From the IMG/VR virus record IMGVR_UViG_3300032218_003059, positions 22,242 to 86,241 of that record: a stretch of 64,000 nucleotides of DNA; one strand, 5' to 3'. Numbering within the stretch: the first letter of the stretch is position 1; each line of letters starts with the position of its first letter. The translations under genes and the position numbers were made by a program. This stretch comes from a virus (Duplodnaviria > Caudoviricetes). Positions 21,101-30,597 of this stretch are shown in pieces. The notes beneath the pieces are model-generated. The model did no database searches and was not told the DNA's origin. It saw nothing but the letters and a program-made list of their open reading frames with translations.

Positions 21101-22700
21101 TAATCTTAGCAAAATTTCTACACTTACAGCAGGTCAAGCAAATACAGTTGCTCAAGCAATAGTTGCAGTTCAAGATGGAGCAAACAAAGCATTATCTAAC
21201 GACAAGCTTGCAGGAGCTGCAGAAAAAAGAATAATAACTACTCAAGCCGCTTTAAATAAAGCAAGTGTGGCATCTGCAGGAATGACAGTTGTAGACCAAA
21301 TATCTTCTAAAAAAAGAATTAAATATTTAGAAGATGAAATTAAAAAAATTAATGAAGCAGCTTCAGCTCGCAAAAAAGCCATGGAGCAACAACAGTTAGA
21401 TGCAGATACTTTAACTCAAATACAAAAGAAACAATTGGAGTACCAGCAAGCCCTTGCTTCTGGAGATCAGTCTGCTGCAGCTCAAGCTCAACTAGATATA
21501 CAACAGCTTTCACAAAATAGGCAAACAGACACTGCAAAAAATTCAATAGACATTGCTGCAGCAAATAAAACTGGTCCTTTACAACAAGAGATAGATGCCA
21601 TTAACGCTTCTCTCACCGCATCGGCAGATGCACAAACATTAGCTGCAGATTCAATGACTAATCTTTCAAAAAGTTTAGATGATCTAATATCTAAAGATTT
21701 ATCACTTAAATCCTCTTTGCAAAAAGCTATTGAAGATAAAAGAATTTTTGGTACAGATTCTAAAACATTTAAAGAAGATATTAAAGTTATGCTAGATGAC
21801 TATGCAGCATTAACTGGACTAAAAAAATCAACTTCTGGAGTTTATACGGATGCAAAAGGAAATGTCATAACAGCAGAAGGATTATATGCTTCATTAGAAA
21901 AAGCAACGCTAGATAATATCAATGTTGCTGGGAAAACAGTAATTGTAACAGCTGCTGGAGAAATATTAACTGGTAAAAATTTAACGGGTGGAGATCCTTT
22001 AATAGGACTTCCAGCAAAACAAAAAGCTGCAATTACAGCAAACGAAAAAAAACCTTTGGATCAACAAGATCCAAATATTCCACATCCAACAGCAGTTGGT
22101 AAAAATGGTCCTATAACTGGAATGCCAAAACCAGGACTTAAAAATAAAAACCTTGGTCCAGCTACAGGCGCAGAACCAAAAGCACAAACAATAGGGGACT
22201 ATATATATGCTGGAAATGGAATGGTTGTACTTAAATCAGATCCATCACAAGTTGTAGGTCAGTGGTATACATATACTGCAGCAGGCAGAGTTGCATATGC
22301 TCAAGGAGGATTAGTAAATCATTATGGAAATGGTGGATCAATCAGAGGTCTTGGAACCAGCATATCAGATTCAATTCCTGCATATCTTTCAAATGGAGAG
22401 TATGTAGTAAAAGCAGCTGCTGTTAAAAAATATGGCGTACCTACCTTTGACGCATTAAATTCACAAAAGTTTAATATTCCTTCTGTTGTAAGTAGTTCAA
22501 ATTCCATGTATAATAACAATTCAGCTGGCTCTGTTATCTATTTAACTCAAAATATTACAGCAGCAGATGGAATGGATACAGAATTATTGTCAATGAGAAT
22601 TGTTGACATGGCAAAGAAAGCCATAAGCGCAGATGTAAAAGTTTCTTCATCAAAAATGGGTGGGACTAAAGAGTTTGGAAGCAGGGTGATGAACACATGA
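15132..22700 (+). CDS. Tape measure protein (2522 aa) with internal accessory domains including an ADP-ribosyltransferase-like domain
   Basis: N-terminal TP901-type TMP core (WAGRQLTVGLT, FLNAVENQT, LFGKFQFAR); position after the chaperones. Confidence 0.95.
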   Translation: MSNENVVMNLTANADFSNLVTSVNRVTASLAKMQEQIGASNRILTGQIAATNKAFSDTLRQTGQFGTHFVTLNDDVAKFGNQLDKGQLKLRDYYGAWQQHAKTSGGLVRDLAAQQVQLQNAILQPLGKNAQGLMQFNVQVPKGLDVVKNKTALASQELKIMNKVMQEGANQMINWGKNTQWAGRQLTVGLTIPLAAFGAAAAKAFREADAELVRLTKVYGGVAATSQADLSKIRKEVSATATSLAKQYGASYKDTISLAADLAATGKEGNDLLKATAQATRLMVLGEVDRQQAMKTTLTLQNTFKENTSQLAESINFLNAVENQTSLTLQDLTEAIPKAGPVIKALGGSVKDLALYLTAMKEGGIGAAEGANAIKSAFASLINPTAKATNLFKSFGIDLQGMVKKNTGNTTAMILDLQSALNKLDPLSKSKAIEQLFGKFQFARMTALIDNLGKQGSQSLRVLDLLKQSTGDIAAIADRELKQVTESASGKYKRAVEGLKADLAGIGDQFLKIQTFFINVTDKIIRFVNILPGPVKTILTLLTGLTAIAGPLIMLVGVMANFIGYIIKGAFHFKALFKSGEGWRMLTPEILAAQKAGSLIEKTFYSDAKAALSLAEALSVLEGGYSSLQSKMNAGAITVQPAISTIAGSPILAGTGAGSRVVDPRNPLVGQQGTRASAHINPLRGRTQEQIAASTIFGFVPGPIPVNNALKDTPQMYANGDLPNIPGLTTSPSKHGPVSSGIVASEATKFQTLMGTMSMMSKTEVAAMKKEIQTTGTVSTEFMTAYSSLLPEITSISQKAVTSSAAIVSQVQSGEMQLSAAKEKLIQLNYEIEAAMGAATQGVAASLGRTANLTTVPGIDQPVIDPKGKSNMRQLFGKGNASWMDKLAGVFGIKTWGASYSTHTTIPKRLNSGGAVYNPNKDGNIVPGDTSINYDTVPAMLQSGGFILNQTASKNNPDLVQLAKNKYASGGSVVPALLTAGETYFPPELASQMMPTLNIANSGTKVQLRALGGLISPKKGNYGLIPSASIVEKMIASLAKNEYAARWLKDYNSKPYASNGVIRGSAESIYKLLGITPKDNESFNQFGHMIRTSKTKTSVIPGFVAKPPTAVYGKKADFIGFNKSLSGNGISDKNIRKFIESLLAGGSGSITGSSSQFVEALTKNNILDNVIAKEINQKIQSEYVRELFRMKRRGVTVTDENNPYFNVSNSIIKQYSEKVPHLDNLWNQFNLKNSAVNPHYLSEMNSPAKRGPGSIGVNDITLSNPANGMGINVGKLIGSEGTAVYHSNNPVWQESLLPKSRMGIITKNWPKKQQFYPMGRQYTLGNQDPLHGPLQIGKSMQMQHSAGYDPYAAKSVYYSDNFGRLNIMDAFLTGTQKERGMYATAQYMGGNLGVMSQMERLGNHPLGPIAAMKSLQKKFTGKLYRGIMLGKTQNAVPADIEKAIIEARTTGNLEGLLGREFIMRRSSWSQKENIAQYFSPGHGVNPESILFEANVKNRNVLPSSQLFPNKAFQAPYGQSWNKTKFGSGAQSEQESIFGGKFKIVGMQGGKVQLETVVDAAREMGGPVNSGRPYLVGEKGPELFVPKHDGGIISHYALGGMVSSGKNTYGLSPAKAMVGKNIAGLAAWILGPMLLQKMGVSSGITNGLMTAGFAGQAAYSMHSQYKAFKGAGQGAEIVGDVAKAEGAVSKLAPRFAQLAGAASKAAGPIGLVFTAIQAYSFLEEKKRHSQEVFATSFGLSAKAAKEAGIQIQNLDAQLKASSDAAGATKTKAALLFSQDSAGIKGLSLTVGQLKSLETSVKKTMPTYMEAFKKMTGKEILTGAANIKAQWVAMGMSIQDANSKIYTLVKLTHGSQAALNAITSSAFTKITDKASASEYAIKLVGQAIKNINNVGAAGAANALDTFFQIQTAKLQALQQKAAKDGKGTPYSSSYSDTMSSYTKSGYGDIKITRDIITELSKTQPILASILNATDTIGSSLSKWIIASSGSITNLSKISTLTAGQANTVAQAIVAVQDGANKALSNDKLAGAAEKRIITTQAALNKASVASAGMTVVDQISSKKRIKYLEDEIKKINEAASARKKAMEQQQLDADTLTQIQKKQLEYQQALASGDQSAAAQAQLDIQQLSQNRQTDTAKNSIDIAAANKTGPLQQEIDAINASLTASADAQTLAADSMTNLSKSLDDLISKDLSLKSSLQKAIEDKRIFGTDSKTFKEDIKVMLDDYAALTGLKKSTSGVYTDAKGNVITAEGLYASLEKATLDNINVAGKTVIVTAAGEILTGKNLTGGDPLIGLPAKQKAAITANEKKPLDQQDPNIPHPTAVGKNGPITGMPKPGLKNKNLGPATGAEPKAQTIGDYIYAGNGMVVLKSDPSQVVGQWYTYTAAGRVAYAQGGLVNHYGNGGSIRGLGTSISDSIPAYLSNGEYVVKAAAVKKYGVPTFDALNSQKFNIPSVVSSSNSMYNNNSAGSVIYLTQNITAADGMDTELLSMRIVDMAKKAISADVKVSSSKMGGTKEFGSRVMNT

Positions 22701-23155
22701 ACATGACACTACCAATTGGAGCCCTGTTATATTTATATGACGGAACAGCCTGGAGTCAAATGTCTGAGCATAATAGGCAGCCAGTCGCCATAGGGTTTAA
22801 TAGAATTGAAAAAACTCAAAGAATGAGCAACGGATCTTTGCGTAAATATTTTATTGCAGACAAGAAAACATTTAGCTTTTCTTGGTCACAACTTCCATCA
22901 TATTCTTCTATGACAGTAGACGGAGGATACGGCGCCCTAGACCTTAAATCATTTTATGAGGGTGCAAATGGCAGGGGAACATTTAAAATAAAAATAAAAT
23001 ATCATGGAGACTCTCATATAGAGGGCGCTGGAGAAATAGAAGTTTGTTTTACTTCAGCAAGCTTTGAAATGCAAAAAAGAAATTTAAAAAATACAGGGCG
23101 GGAAACAGTAAGTCAACAACTTTGGAATGTAACAATCGGCCTGGAAGAGGTGTAA
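22697..23155 (+). CDS. Distal tail (Dit)-like minor tail protein
   Basis: RMSNGSLRKYFIADKKTFSFSW; position directly after the TMP. Confidence 0.7.
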   Translation: MNMTLPIGALLYLYDGTAWSQMSEHNRQPVAIGFNRIEKTQRMSNGSLRKYFIADKKTFSFSWSQLPSYSSMTVDGGYGALDLKSFYEGANGRGTFKIKIKYHGDSHIEGAGEIEVCFTSASFEMQKRNLKNTGRETVSQQLWNVTIGLEEV

Positions 23156-23156
23156 A

Positions 23157-25400
23157 TTGATAACTGCACCATCAGGTCTACAAAATATATTTTATAATAA
23201 TACATCCGTGCAAACTGCAGCAGGCTGCTACATTGAATACAACATGAACAGCCTAATCCCAAACATAAGCGTATCTTCTTCTAAGCCTGATACAAAATAC
23301 TTTCATGTATTTACATTAGATTCAATAATCAAGCCATTTAGACCAAGCAAGTCTGGAATTAAATATACTACATTGGCCCCTCTAGATGAGCCAAAAGTTT
23401 CAACTACTACAGACTTTACAAGATACCCATCAAATAAATCTGTTATATATCCATCAACAGCGCCAAGAAGATATATGCCAGGAATGGATAGTGTTTATAA
23501 ATATTATCTTACGGAAATTGGTGGAGATCTAAATGCTAAAGTAAAGTACGTACAGTTTTCAAATACAATTAAAAGTGCTTATGCTACTGGAGAATATATA
23601 CAATATGAAACATCCGCACCACACGGATTTACTATTGGTCTCACCGTCTCTGTTTCTGGATTTACAAATACATTATTGAACTGCTCCTCTTTGGAAATAC
23701 TAGATGTTCCATCTGAAACTACATTTAAAGTCACAAAGGCGACGGAGGTTGTAAAAAAAGTTACAGCAACAGCAACGGCTACGCTTTCAAAGTCTACAAA
23801 ATACGCCATTGGAAATAAAATAATTGCAACATTTAATAAGGATCACTACCTTCCATCCACATGCAATATAACAATAAAGATAAAAAATGCAGTCTCTGGT
23901 CAGGCAGACACCACAACATCAAAGACCAGCCTTTCTATACCTGCATCTGGATGCCTGGCACTTTACTTTGACGGGTCTTCATGGAGCGCCACAGCTCCAT
24001 CTGAGCCACTTTCATTTGGCACTGGTCAATATATCTCAGAAATATCTATAGACGCTACAGGAGCCTCTGGTAAATTTATAGGGCTAATCGAGTTTGCCCT
24101 AATATACACAAAAGATATAAGTCCAGATGTAGTCTCATTTAGTGAGACAAAGGATTCTTCATCTGACAATATGAGCATCCTGCCAGTTGGAACGGTAACC
24201 TCTAATAACCTATCAATTGATTTAGTTAATTATTCTGCGAATGCTTCGGCCTACGTCCCCTATGATTTAACAATGGACTTAGATATATCAAAGATTTATT
24301 TATATAAAAATGTTAAATTAACTCCTTATATAAAATTTTATGATGCCTCTGGGCCAATCATAAAAGCGGGGGAGCCAAATAATTATTATAAAATATCTCC
24401 TGGCTCTTATTATATATCAGACTATAAGATAGGCACATATGGAGAAGTATCAATTAATGCACTGGATGCTGGTAAATATTTAACAGAAAAAATTGCACCA
24501 GACATGCTATTGGAAAATTATCCAGCAACAGGAGTAATCAGATCACTCCTAGATTCAGTAGGATTTGTTGATTACAATATAAATGTTTTAACTACAGATT
24601 CAAAAGTTACAGATACATCTATCCCATTTTTATCTTCGTGGTGGACAGATGGATCAAAGACCGTATGGCAATGCATTCAAGAGATATGCCAAGACATGCA
24701 AATCAACGCTATATTTGATTCAAATAATATACTGCAATTTTATACTAGAGAATATATGTACAGCACATCTAAAAGCATTGACTGGAATTTTTACTATGAA
24801 AAAAATGGATCAGCCCTGCCGAATATAGTTTCCTTTGATCAGCAACAAATACCTTCCGCAAACCAAGTTAAAGTTAAATGGTCTACCCCATTATCTTCTA
24901 GATACACTGGATCTTCCAGCGCACTTTGGACATCTCCAATTACATTCTTATCTGCTGGAGGACTTCTAGCATCAATTGCAGCAGACTCTTCACCAGAAAA
25001 TACAACACTGATGATAACGTTGGATACAATAGATAAATATTCAACCAATCAATCATTATATTCTTTTTCTGGATACGTATTAATTGACTCTGAAATTATA
25101 GAATATGATGCGATACAATATAAGTGTGATTTAGAAACTCCATATGATGGTCAGTCTACAATTTATCCATGGATGCAATCTCAAGCGGATATAGCAAAGT
25201 ACAGATCACTTTCTAAATCTGGATATTCTGATTCTAAAAAACCAGATGAAACTGCATACTTTAAACCAACTGGCAAGTATCGTGTTAAAAAAAGAGGTGC
25301 GCTTGGAACAACGCCAGCCGCACATAATGCAAATGGTAACCTTACAGACCTTAAAGCAAAAGGCTGGACATCAGTTGGAATTACCTGGAAGGAGAAATAA
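23157..25400 (+). CDS. Minor tail protein, tail tip/hub N-terminal part
   Basis: KTVWQCIQEICQDMQINAIFD..LQFYTR hub-like motif; position. Confidence 0.7.
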   Translation: MITAPSGLQNIFYNNTSVQTAAGCYIEYNMNSLIPNISVSSSKPDTKYFHVFTLDSIIKPFRPSKSGIKYTTLAPLDEPKVSTTTDFTRYPSNKSVIYPSTAPRRYMPGMDSVYKYYLTEIGGDLNAKVKYVQFSNTIKSAYATGEYIQYETSAPHGFTIGLTVSVSGFTNTLLNCSSLEILDVPSETTFKVTKATEVVKKVTATATATLSKSTKYAIGNKIIATFNKDHYLPSTCNITIKIKNAVSGQADTTTSKTSLSIPASGCLALYFDGSSWSATAPSEPLSFGTGQYISEISIDATGASGKFIGLIEFALIYTKDISPDVVSFSETKDSSSDNMSILPVGTVTSNNLSIDLVNYSANASAYVPYDLTMDLDISKIYLYKNVKLTPYIKFYDASGPIIKAGEPNNYYKISPGSYYISDYKIGTYGEVSINALDAGKYLTEKIAPDMLLENYPATGVIRSLLDSVGFVDYNINVLTTDSKVTDTSIPFLSSWWTDGSKTVWQCIQEICQDMQINAIFDSNNILQFYTREYMYSTSKSIDWNFYYEKNGSALPNIVSFDQQQIPSANQVKVKWSTPLSSRYTGSSSALWTSPITFLSAGGLLASIAADSSPENTTLMITLDTIDKYSTNQSLYSFSGYVLIDSEIIEYDAIQYKCDLETPYDGQSTIYPWMQSQADIAKYRSLSKSGYSDSKKPDETAYFKPTGKYRVKKRGALGTTPAAHNANGNLTDLKAKGWTSVGITWKEK

Positions 25401-27160
25401 TGCCAATAGCACCAGAAATAATGATGATTGATGGCACAAGAGATCCAGGTTCAGTAATAGATATGATGTATGCTCCTTCAGGAGCTCAATCAAATGATCT
25501 TACATCTGTTACAATTGATTTTACAGTCGCCACATATGACCTTAGAATAACTTCTTATAAAGTTACAACTACTCAATATCAAAGCAACTTTATAACTGAG
25601 ATAACTTCAAAGGTTAATACTTATACCTCTAAGCCAATGACAGTAACTGGCCTTACCCCAGGAGGATATTATACATTTAAGATAGAGGCATATAACAATT
25701 CAACAAAAAGTGATATATCTTCTACTTTTGCAATGCACTTAGCTGATTCAACTTCAGCCTCAGTTGGAGTTACTGGAAATACAGATGCATCTGCAGCTGG
25801 CAATCCATCGGCTGGCTCATCAAATCCTTCTGCAGCTTCTGAAGCCCCAGGCACCTCTTTTCTTGCCCTAGCTGGAGTTACAAGCAATACTAAGGCAAGC
25901 TTATTTTACAAATCTTTTTCTGCCATAAACTCTACTTTAGGAACTAGTACATACTATCCAGGACTACCAAGTTATATCACGGATGCAATAACTTCTTACA
26001 CATCAAAATACTACGGCATTGGTACAAGCATAATGCTGGACAATTCTTTTGATAATACAAGCCAGTCTGCAGGCCTAGGAATATTTGTAGATAATGCTGG
26101 TGGAGACGGATACTACTTTGTTTTAGAAAGCACTGCATCTGCCGCAACATTAGATAAAAGAGCTTTTAGAGTATTAAAGGTTAAAGGTTCTCAGGTTATG
26201 GAGCTCCCATCTTCACAAGCTGACGGTAGCCTTATTGACGGAGTTATTGGAGGACTAGAGTATAGGATTGATGTAAAGGCTAAAGTTAATTCTACATCAA
26301 TTGATATGGTAATAAATATTAATGGATTCCAAGTACTTTGCTCTGACAACATAGATATTCAAACAGCAGCTGGTAAAAAAGGAATAACTCAGATACTGCC
26401 TCCAACTAGTAACATAGGGGTTATATGCTTTAAAGGCAATGCGGCATTTGATTATGTTTATGGGGCCAATATAACTGAGCAGCAATTTAATGATTACACA
26501 TACAATGCAAACTTTTATCAGGGGCAATTCTCAAACGATTTCTTGGTACAGATGTTTGGAGACCTTCAATATAATGCACAGACAAACCTAGATAATGTTA
26601 AGTCTGATTCCTACGAAGAGTTTGGAACTACAGTAAGAGAGATATTAAAGACTGATATCAAATTTGACTCTCGCCCTTCATTTCCAATAAGCCCATCTAC
26701 TGGATTAAATAAACTTGCCAAGATAGTTGCCAGCAAAGTTACAAACTTCGGAGCAACAATATATACTCTAAACAATTCCTCTTCTACAATACCTCTTTCA
26801 GATGGAAGTACAAATACATTTTGGGTGTACGGTAACACACTTGGCCAATCTGGAGATTTAGAATATCTTACAGATGATGATGACTTTACGGCAAAAGAGC
26901 AGGTATCAATTAATACCATGTGGATTCAAAATATTAATGACGTTAAGTCTCTAGCTAAATGGATAAAGTCAAGGGTTATTAACAGAGGCAGATCAATAAA
27001 CTTAACATGTTTTGGAAATCCTCTTATAGTTCCAGGAGATGTTATTGGAATAAAATATGGTCTAAAAGGCCTACTAGGAACAGAAAAATTTATAGTTACA
27101 TCAGTAACACAGACATATAACGACGGCCTAGAAACGGAGATATCCTGCAGGACCTTTTAG
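25400..27160 (+). CDS. Minor tail protein, FN3-like domain plus hub C-terminal part
   Basis: VTGLTPGGYYTFKIEAYN (FN3-like); GNPLIVPGDVIGIKY..FIVTSVTQ end motif. Confidence 0.7.
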   Translation: MPIAPEIMMIDGTRDPGSVIDMMYAPSGAQSNDLTSVTIDFTVATYDLRITSYKVTTTQYQSNFITEITSKVNTYTSKPMTVTGLTPGGYYTFKIEAYNNSTKSDISSTFAMHLADSTSASVGVTGNTDASAAGNPSAGSSNPSAASEAPGTSFLALAGVTSNTKASLFYKSFSAINSTLGTSTYYPGLPSYITDAITSYTSKYYGIGTSIMLDNSFDNTSQSAGLGIFVDNAGGDGYYFVLESTASAATLDKRAFRVLKVKGSQVMELPSSQADGSLIDGVIGGLEYRIDVKAKVNSTSIDMVININGFQVLCSDNIDIQTAAGKKGITQILPPTSNIGVICFKGNAAFDYVYGANITEQQFNDYTYNANFYQGQFSNDFLVQMFGDLQYNAQTNLDNVKSDSYEEFGTTVREILKTDIKFDSRPSFPISPSTGLNKLAKIVASKVTNFGATIYTLNNSSSTIPLSDGSTNTFWVYGNTLGQSGDLEYLTDDDDFTAKEQVSINTMWIQNINDVKSLAKWIKSRVINRGRSINLTCFGNPLIVPGDVIGIKYGLKGLLGTEKFIVTSVTQTYNDGLETEISCRTF

Positions 27161-27183
27161 GGACTAAATGATATAATGTAAAT

Positions 27184-27558
27184 ATGACAAATAATAGAGT
27201 ACCCGCAGCCAATATTACTAGAGGAACAACTCCAGTAATTGCGTCTGACGACGAAGCTTTATTATATGTAAATCCAAATGAAGTTTTAATTAAAGACCCA
27301 ACAGATCCAAGTAAATACCTTAGAAGATCACCGTATGGAAACGGAGCAGGCTCAGGTAATAACTGGACTAATTTTCAAGGCGGGTCTGGAGATTGCCCAA
27401 CGCTCTCAGATATTATTAGTGTAAACATAGTAAAGTATTATGATTCAGTTACTAAAATGCCAAAAGCAAAGGCAATAATAAAGGTAAGAAATTCAAGCGA
27501 GTATGCTACAGAAGTTATGGGGGTTGATGCTAGGATTTACGATCCTACTAACGAATAA
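27184..27558 (+). CDS. Minor tail protein (hypothetical)
   Basis: ORF within the tail module; TGATATAAT at 27169-27177 upstream. Confidence 0.55.
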   Translation: MTNNRVPAANITRGTTPVIASDDEALLYVNPNEVLIKDPTDPSKYLRRSPYGNGAGSGNNWTNFQGGSGDCPTLSDIISVNIVKYYDSVTKMPKAKAIIKVRNSSEYATEVMGVDARIYDPTNE

Positions 27559-28472
27559 TGATTAAAGGTACATATATTTTATATCAAGACGGAAAAGAAA
27601 TAATGCGTCAAGATAACGTCATAACTAAATTTGGTAAGAGATTTATTACAGAGTTTATTGCTGGAAACATCCCTAATGCTAAAAAAGATATAGCTATTGG
27701 AATAACTTCTGCAGCTGCAACATATGACGATACTAGGCTTGGATTTGAATTTTATAGATTCCCAGTAAGTTTTGGAAGCACAAATATTCAAACAGTTAGC
27801 GGAACTACAACTTATGGCGTTATATATAAGGGAACAATTCCACAGGACGTAGCTGGAACAGTAACAGAGCTTGGTCTGTATCCATCAACAAGATCTTCTT
27901 CTAATAATTATGATAGCAAGTTTATTTCAGACTTCGCATCACCATTGCTTTGGCTTGATGCAGACGGATACAACCCTCCAGTTGATTACAGTAATGCAAA
28001 AATTGGAGACAATGTTTTAAAAATTCAATCGGGTAAAGAATATTTTTATTCCCCTGGAAATTTTGACATGTCTGGGTATAGTTCTAATGATAGCTTAAAG
28101 ATTGCTTATCATAAGTACGGAACTAATTTAAGCGGAGTAAAGGTAAATTTCTATACTTCAAACTCAGACTATTACTCATATACATTTTCATCTGGATCAG
28201 TAGGATATAATATAAGCTCAGATGTGCTCCTATCTTCATTGTATGCAGCACCAGTTGGATCACCAAATAAAGCTCAAATAAATAAAATTGGAGTAACTGC
28301 AATATCTAATAATGCATCATTAGCATACGCAGGCCTTGATGGACTAAGAATAAATGATGAAGATACGTTTGATCCAACAATGGGATTAATAAGTCGTGCA
28401 GTTATAACAGAATTTACTAAACAAGTTGGTCAACCAATAGACATTGAATATAGATTAAATTTAGGTTTCTAA
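27558..28472 (+). CDS. Minor tail/baseplate protein
   Basis: NVITKFGKRFI, VTELGLY, IDIEYRL. Confidence 0.65.
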   Translation: MIKGTYILYQDGKEIMRQDNVITKFGKRFITEFIAGNIPNAKKDIAIGITSAAATYDDTRLGFEFYRFPVSFGSTNIQTVSGTTTYGVIYKGTIPQDVAGTVTELGLYPSTRSSSNNYDSKFISDFASPLLWLDADGYNPPVDYSNAKIGDNVLKIQSGKEYFYSPGNFDMSGYSSNDSLKIAYHKYGTNLSGVKVNFYTSNSDYYSYTFSSGSVGYNISSDVLLSSLYAAPVGSPNKAQINKIGVTAISNNASLAYAGLDGLRINDEDTFDPTMGLISRAVITEFTKQVGQPIDIEYRLNLGF

Positions 28473-28473
28473 T

Positions 28474-30594
28474 ATGGCTTATCAAGATCTACTAAAAGAT
28501 ACGACTGCTCCAGATCCTTCAGATAAGGATGCGTTTCTTGTAACCGTAGTAGATTTAAATCCAGACAAAGTTTATCCATTACAATTCAGGTGGAAGTATA
28601 AAGATGGTTCGTATGGACAAGACTGGTCCCCCGCATATGATATCTACACTGGAGACGAGCAAATTGTTTTAAAGCCATACTTCCCCATAACAAATGTTGA
28701 CGGAGGATCAGGGTACATATCAGTAACTTGGGACGGCAGAGATTCAAACCTAGTTGATATGGAATGGTTTGATAGAGTAGACATTTTAATTAAAGATCAT
28801 TCATCAAATGCAAAAGCAGTATTTGGAGATGGAACAAATGCAGTAGCATTTTTCAAATCAAAAGGAACCAAAACAATAACAGCCCCAGCTGGGAAATATA
28901 TAGTAAAGCTTAGAACTGTTGGAAAATCAGGTAAGTTTTCTGATTCAGTTCCAGTAGGTGTAAATGATTATTTAGTTACAGTTACATCTGGACTAACTAT
29001 TGAAGATCCAACTCTTCCAGTAGGACTTAGCGTATCAACTGTACCATTTGGAGTAGCAGTAAATTGGAGTGGTGCATATAACGCATCTTCATTCTTTGGA
29101 TTTCAATCTATTAATATCTATGCATCGGCTACAGATTTTGGGGCAACAACAACTTCAACAAATATAACAAACTCAAAATTAGTTGGAACAATGTCAGTAA
29201 ATGACAGCGCAAACAAAATAACAGTAGGACTTGATGCATTAAGAACAGCTCTTGGATTGACAGCAAATAAAGACTGCTATACAACAAACACTTATTTTTA
29301 TTATATAGCAACAAATTTAAATGGACTTAAATATAAAGTTAGTGGAGCAGAAGTTTATACTAGAATTAGTGCTACTCCAATCAAAGCAACTCAAGCAAAC
29401 TTTATTGATTTAGAAAATGGAACAATTTCAATTGAGAACCTAGTTGCTGGAAATGGATCATTTACTTCATGGCTTAGAACAGGAGTTGCTGGTGCAGCAA
29501 GAATTGAATTATCTTCTACAACAGTTCCAGCAAATGATGCGGGAGGATATTTAGTTGTTCCTGGTTTAACTGTATATAACAGCGCAGGAAATCCAGAGTT
29601 TCAAGCAGATTTAAATGGTAATGTTAGCTTAGGTGGTTATACAAAAACAACACTAGATGCAATAAAAACAAAAGGCGATACAACCGCAGCAACTTTAATT
29701 TTAGTTTCAAATGCCGCACAAACTGCATCCGACCTTGCGGGTACAAAAAATAAAGTGTTTGTACAAGCCTCTGTACCATCCGCAGTAGCAGCAGGAGATG
29801 TTTGGCTTAATACATATGCTGGAACAGTAGGTGGATATTTAGGAAACTATACTACTTATGTAGCAACCGCCGTAGGGACTGGCTCCTGGGTGCCAGCATC
29901 CGTAGCTGATGCAAAAGCCGCACTTGGAAAAATTATAGGTTTTAATTCAAATGGAGATTTATTTAGTAAGGATCTTCAATTAGAATCTGGCAAAGGATCT
30001 ATATATTCAAATAAATCTGCATATTCAAATGATGCAGACAGCGGATGGTATCTAGGATATATTCCAAATACTACATATGCAGCACTAGCCCTTGGCTCAA
30101 GTTCAACTGGTTTAATTAAATGGGATCCAAATGCTGGGCTAAGGTTAACTGGTGACATTGCTTCTACTGCAAATATTTCTGGAGGTACAGTTAAAGCAAC
30201 TGGCAACTACGGAGCAATACGGCTATCAAGTTCAACAGAATCAACAATAGATTTTTTAAATACAAGCTCAACGGTAACTGGACAATTGAGATCATATGAT
30301 AATGGAAATTCTCTTGTTTTGCAATACGGAACTGGAAGGTATAACGGATTTGGATCTAAACCAGCTAGCACTGGAGTTATAGATTTATCTGCTTCAACAA
30401 CAAGCGTTGGGCACGTTAATTCTTCAGGTGTTTTTAGCTCTGGATTTATATCATCACAAAATGGTCAAACTGTTTTGGCTGGATACTGGACAGCTCCAGA
30501 TACATCGTTATCAACAACTTCTTTAAAAAATATTATTGCACAATCAACTCAACCGTCGGTGATGTTAACTGGAACAGTATGGCTACAGGTGTAA
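28474..30594 (+). CDS. Tail fibre/minor tail protein
   Basis: FN3-like N-terminus, PSAVAAGDVWL motif, C-terminal QSTQPS..GTVWLQV adaptor motif. Confidence 0.7.
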   Translation: MAYQDLLKDTTAPDPSDKDAFLVTVVDLNPDKVYPLQFRWKYKDGSYGQDWSPAYDIYTGDEQIVLKPYFPITNVDGGSGYISVTWDGRDSNLVDMEWFDRVDILIKDHSSNAKAVFGDGTNAVAFFKSKGTKTITAPAGKYIVKLRTVGKSGKFSDSVPVGVNDYLVTVTSGLTIEDPTLPVGLSVSTVPFGVAVNWSGAYNASSFFGFQSINIYASATDFGATTTSTNITNSKLVGTMSVNDSANKITVGLDALRTALGLTANKDCYTTNTYFYYIATNLNGLKYKVSGAEVYTRISATPIKATQANFIDLENGTISIENLVAGNGSFTSWLRTGVAGAARIELSSTTVPANDAGGYLVVPGLTVYNSAGNPEFQADLNGNVSLGGYTKTTLDAIKTKGDTTAATLILVSNAAQTASDLAGTKNKVFVQASVPSAVAAGDVWLNTYAGTVGGYLGNYTTYVATAVGTGSWVPASVADAKAALGKIIGFNSNGDLFSKDLQLESGKGSIYSNKSAYSNDADSGWYLGYIPNTTYAALALGSSSTGLIKWDPNAGLRLTGDIASTANISGGTVKATGNYGAIRLSSSTESTIDFLNTSSTVTGQLRSYDNGNSLVLQYGTGRYNGFGSKPASTGVIDLSASTTSVGHVNSSGVFSSGFISSQNGQTVLAGYWTAPDTSLSTTSLKNIIAQSTQPSVMLTGTVWLQV

Positions 30595-30597
30595 TAA

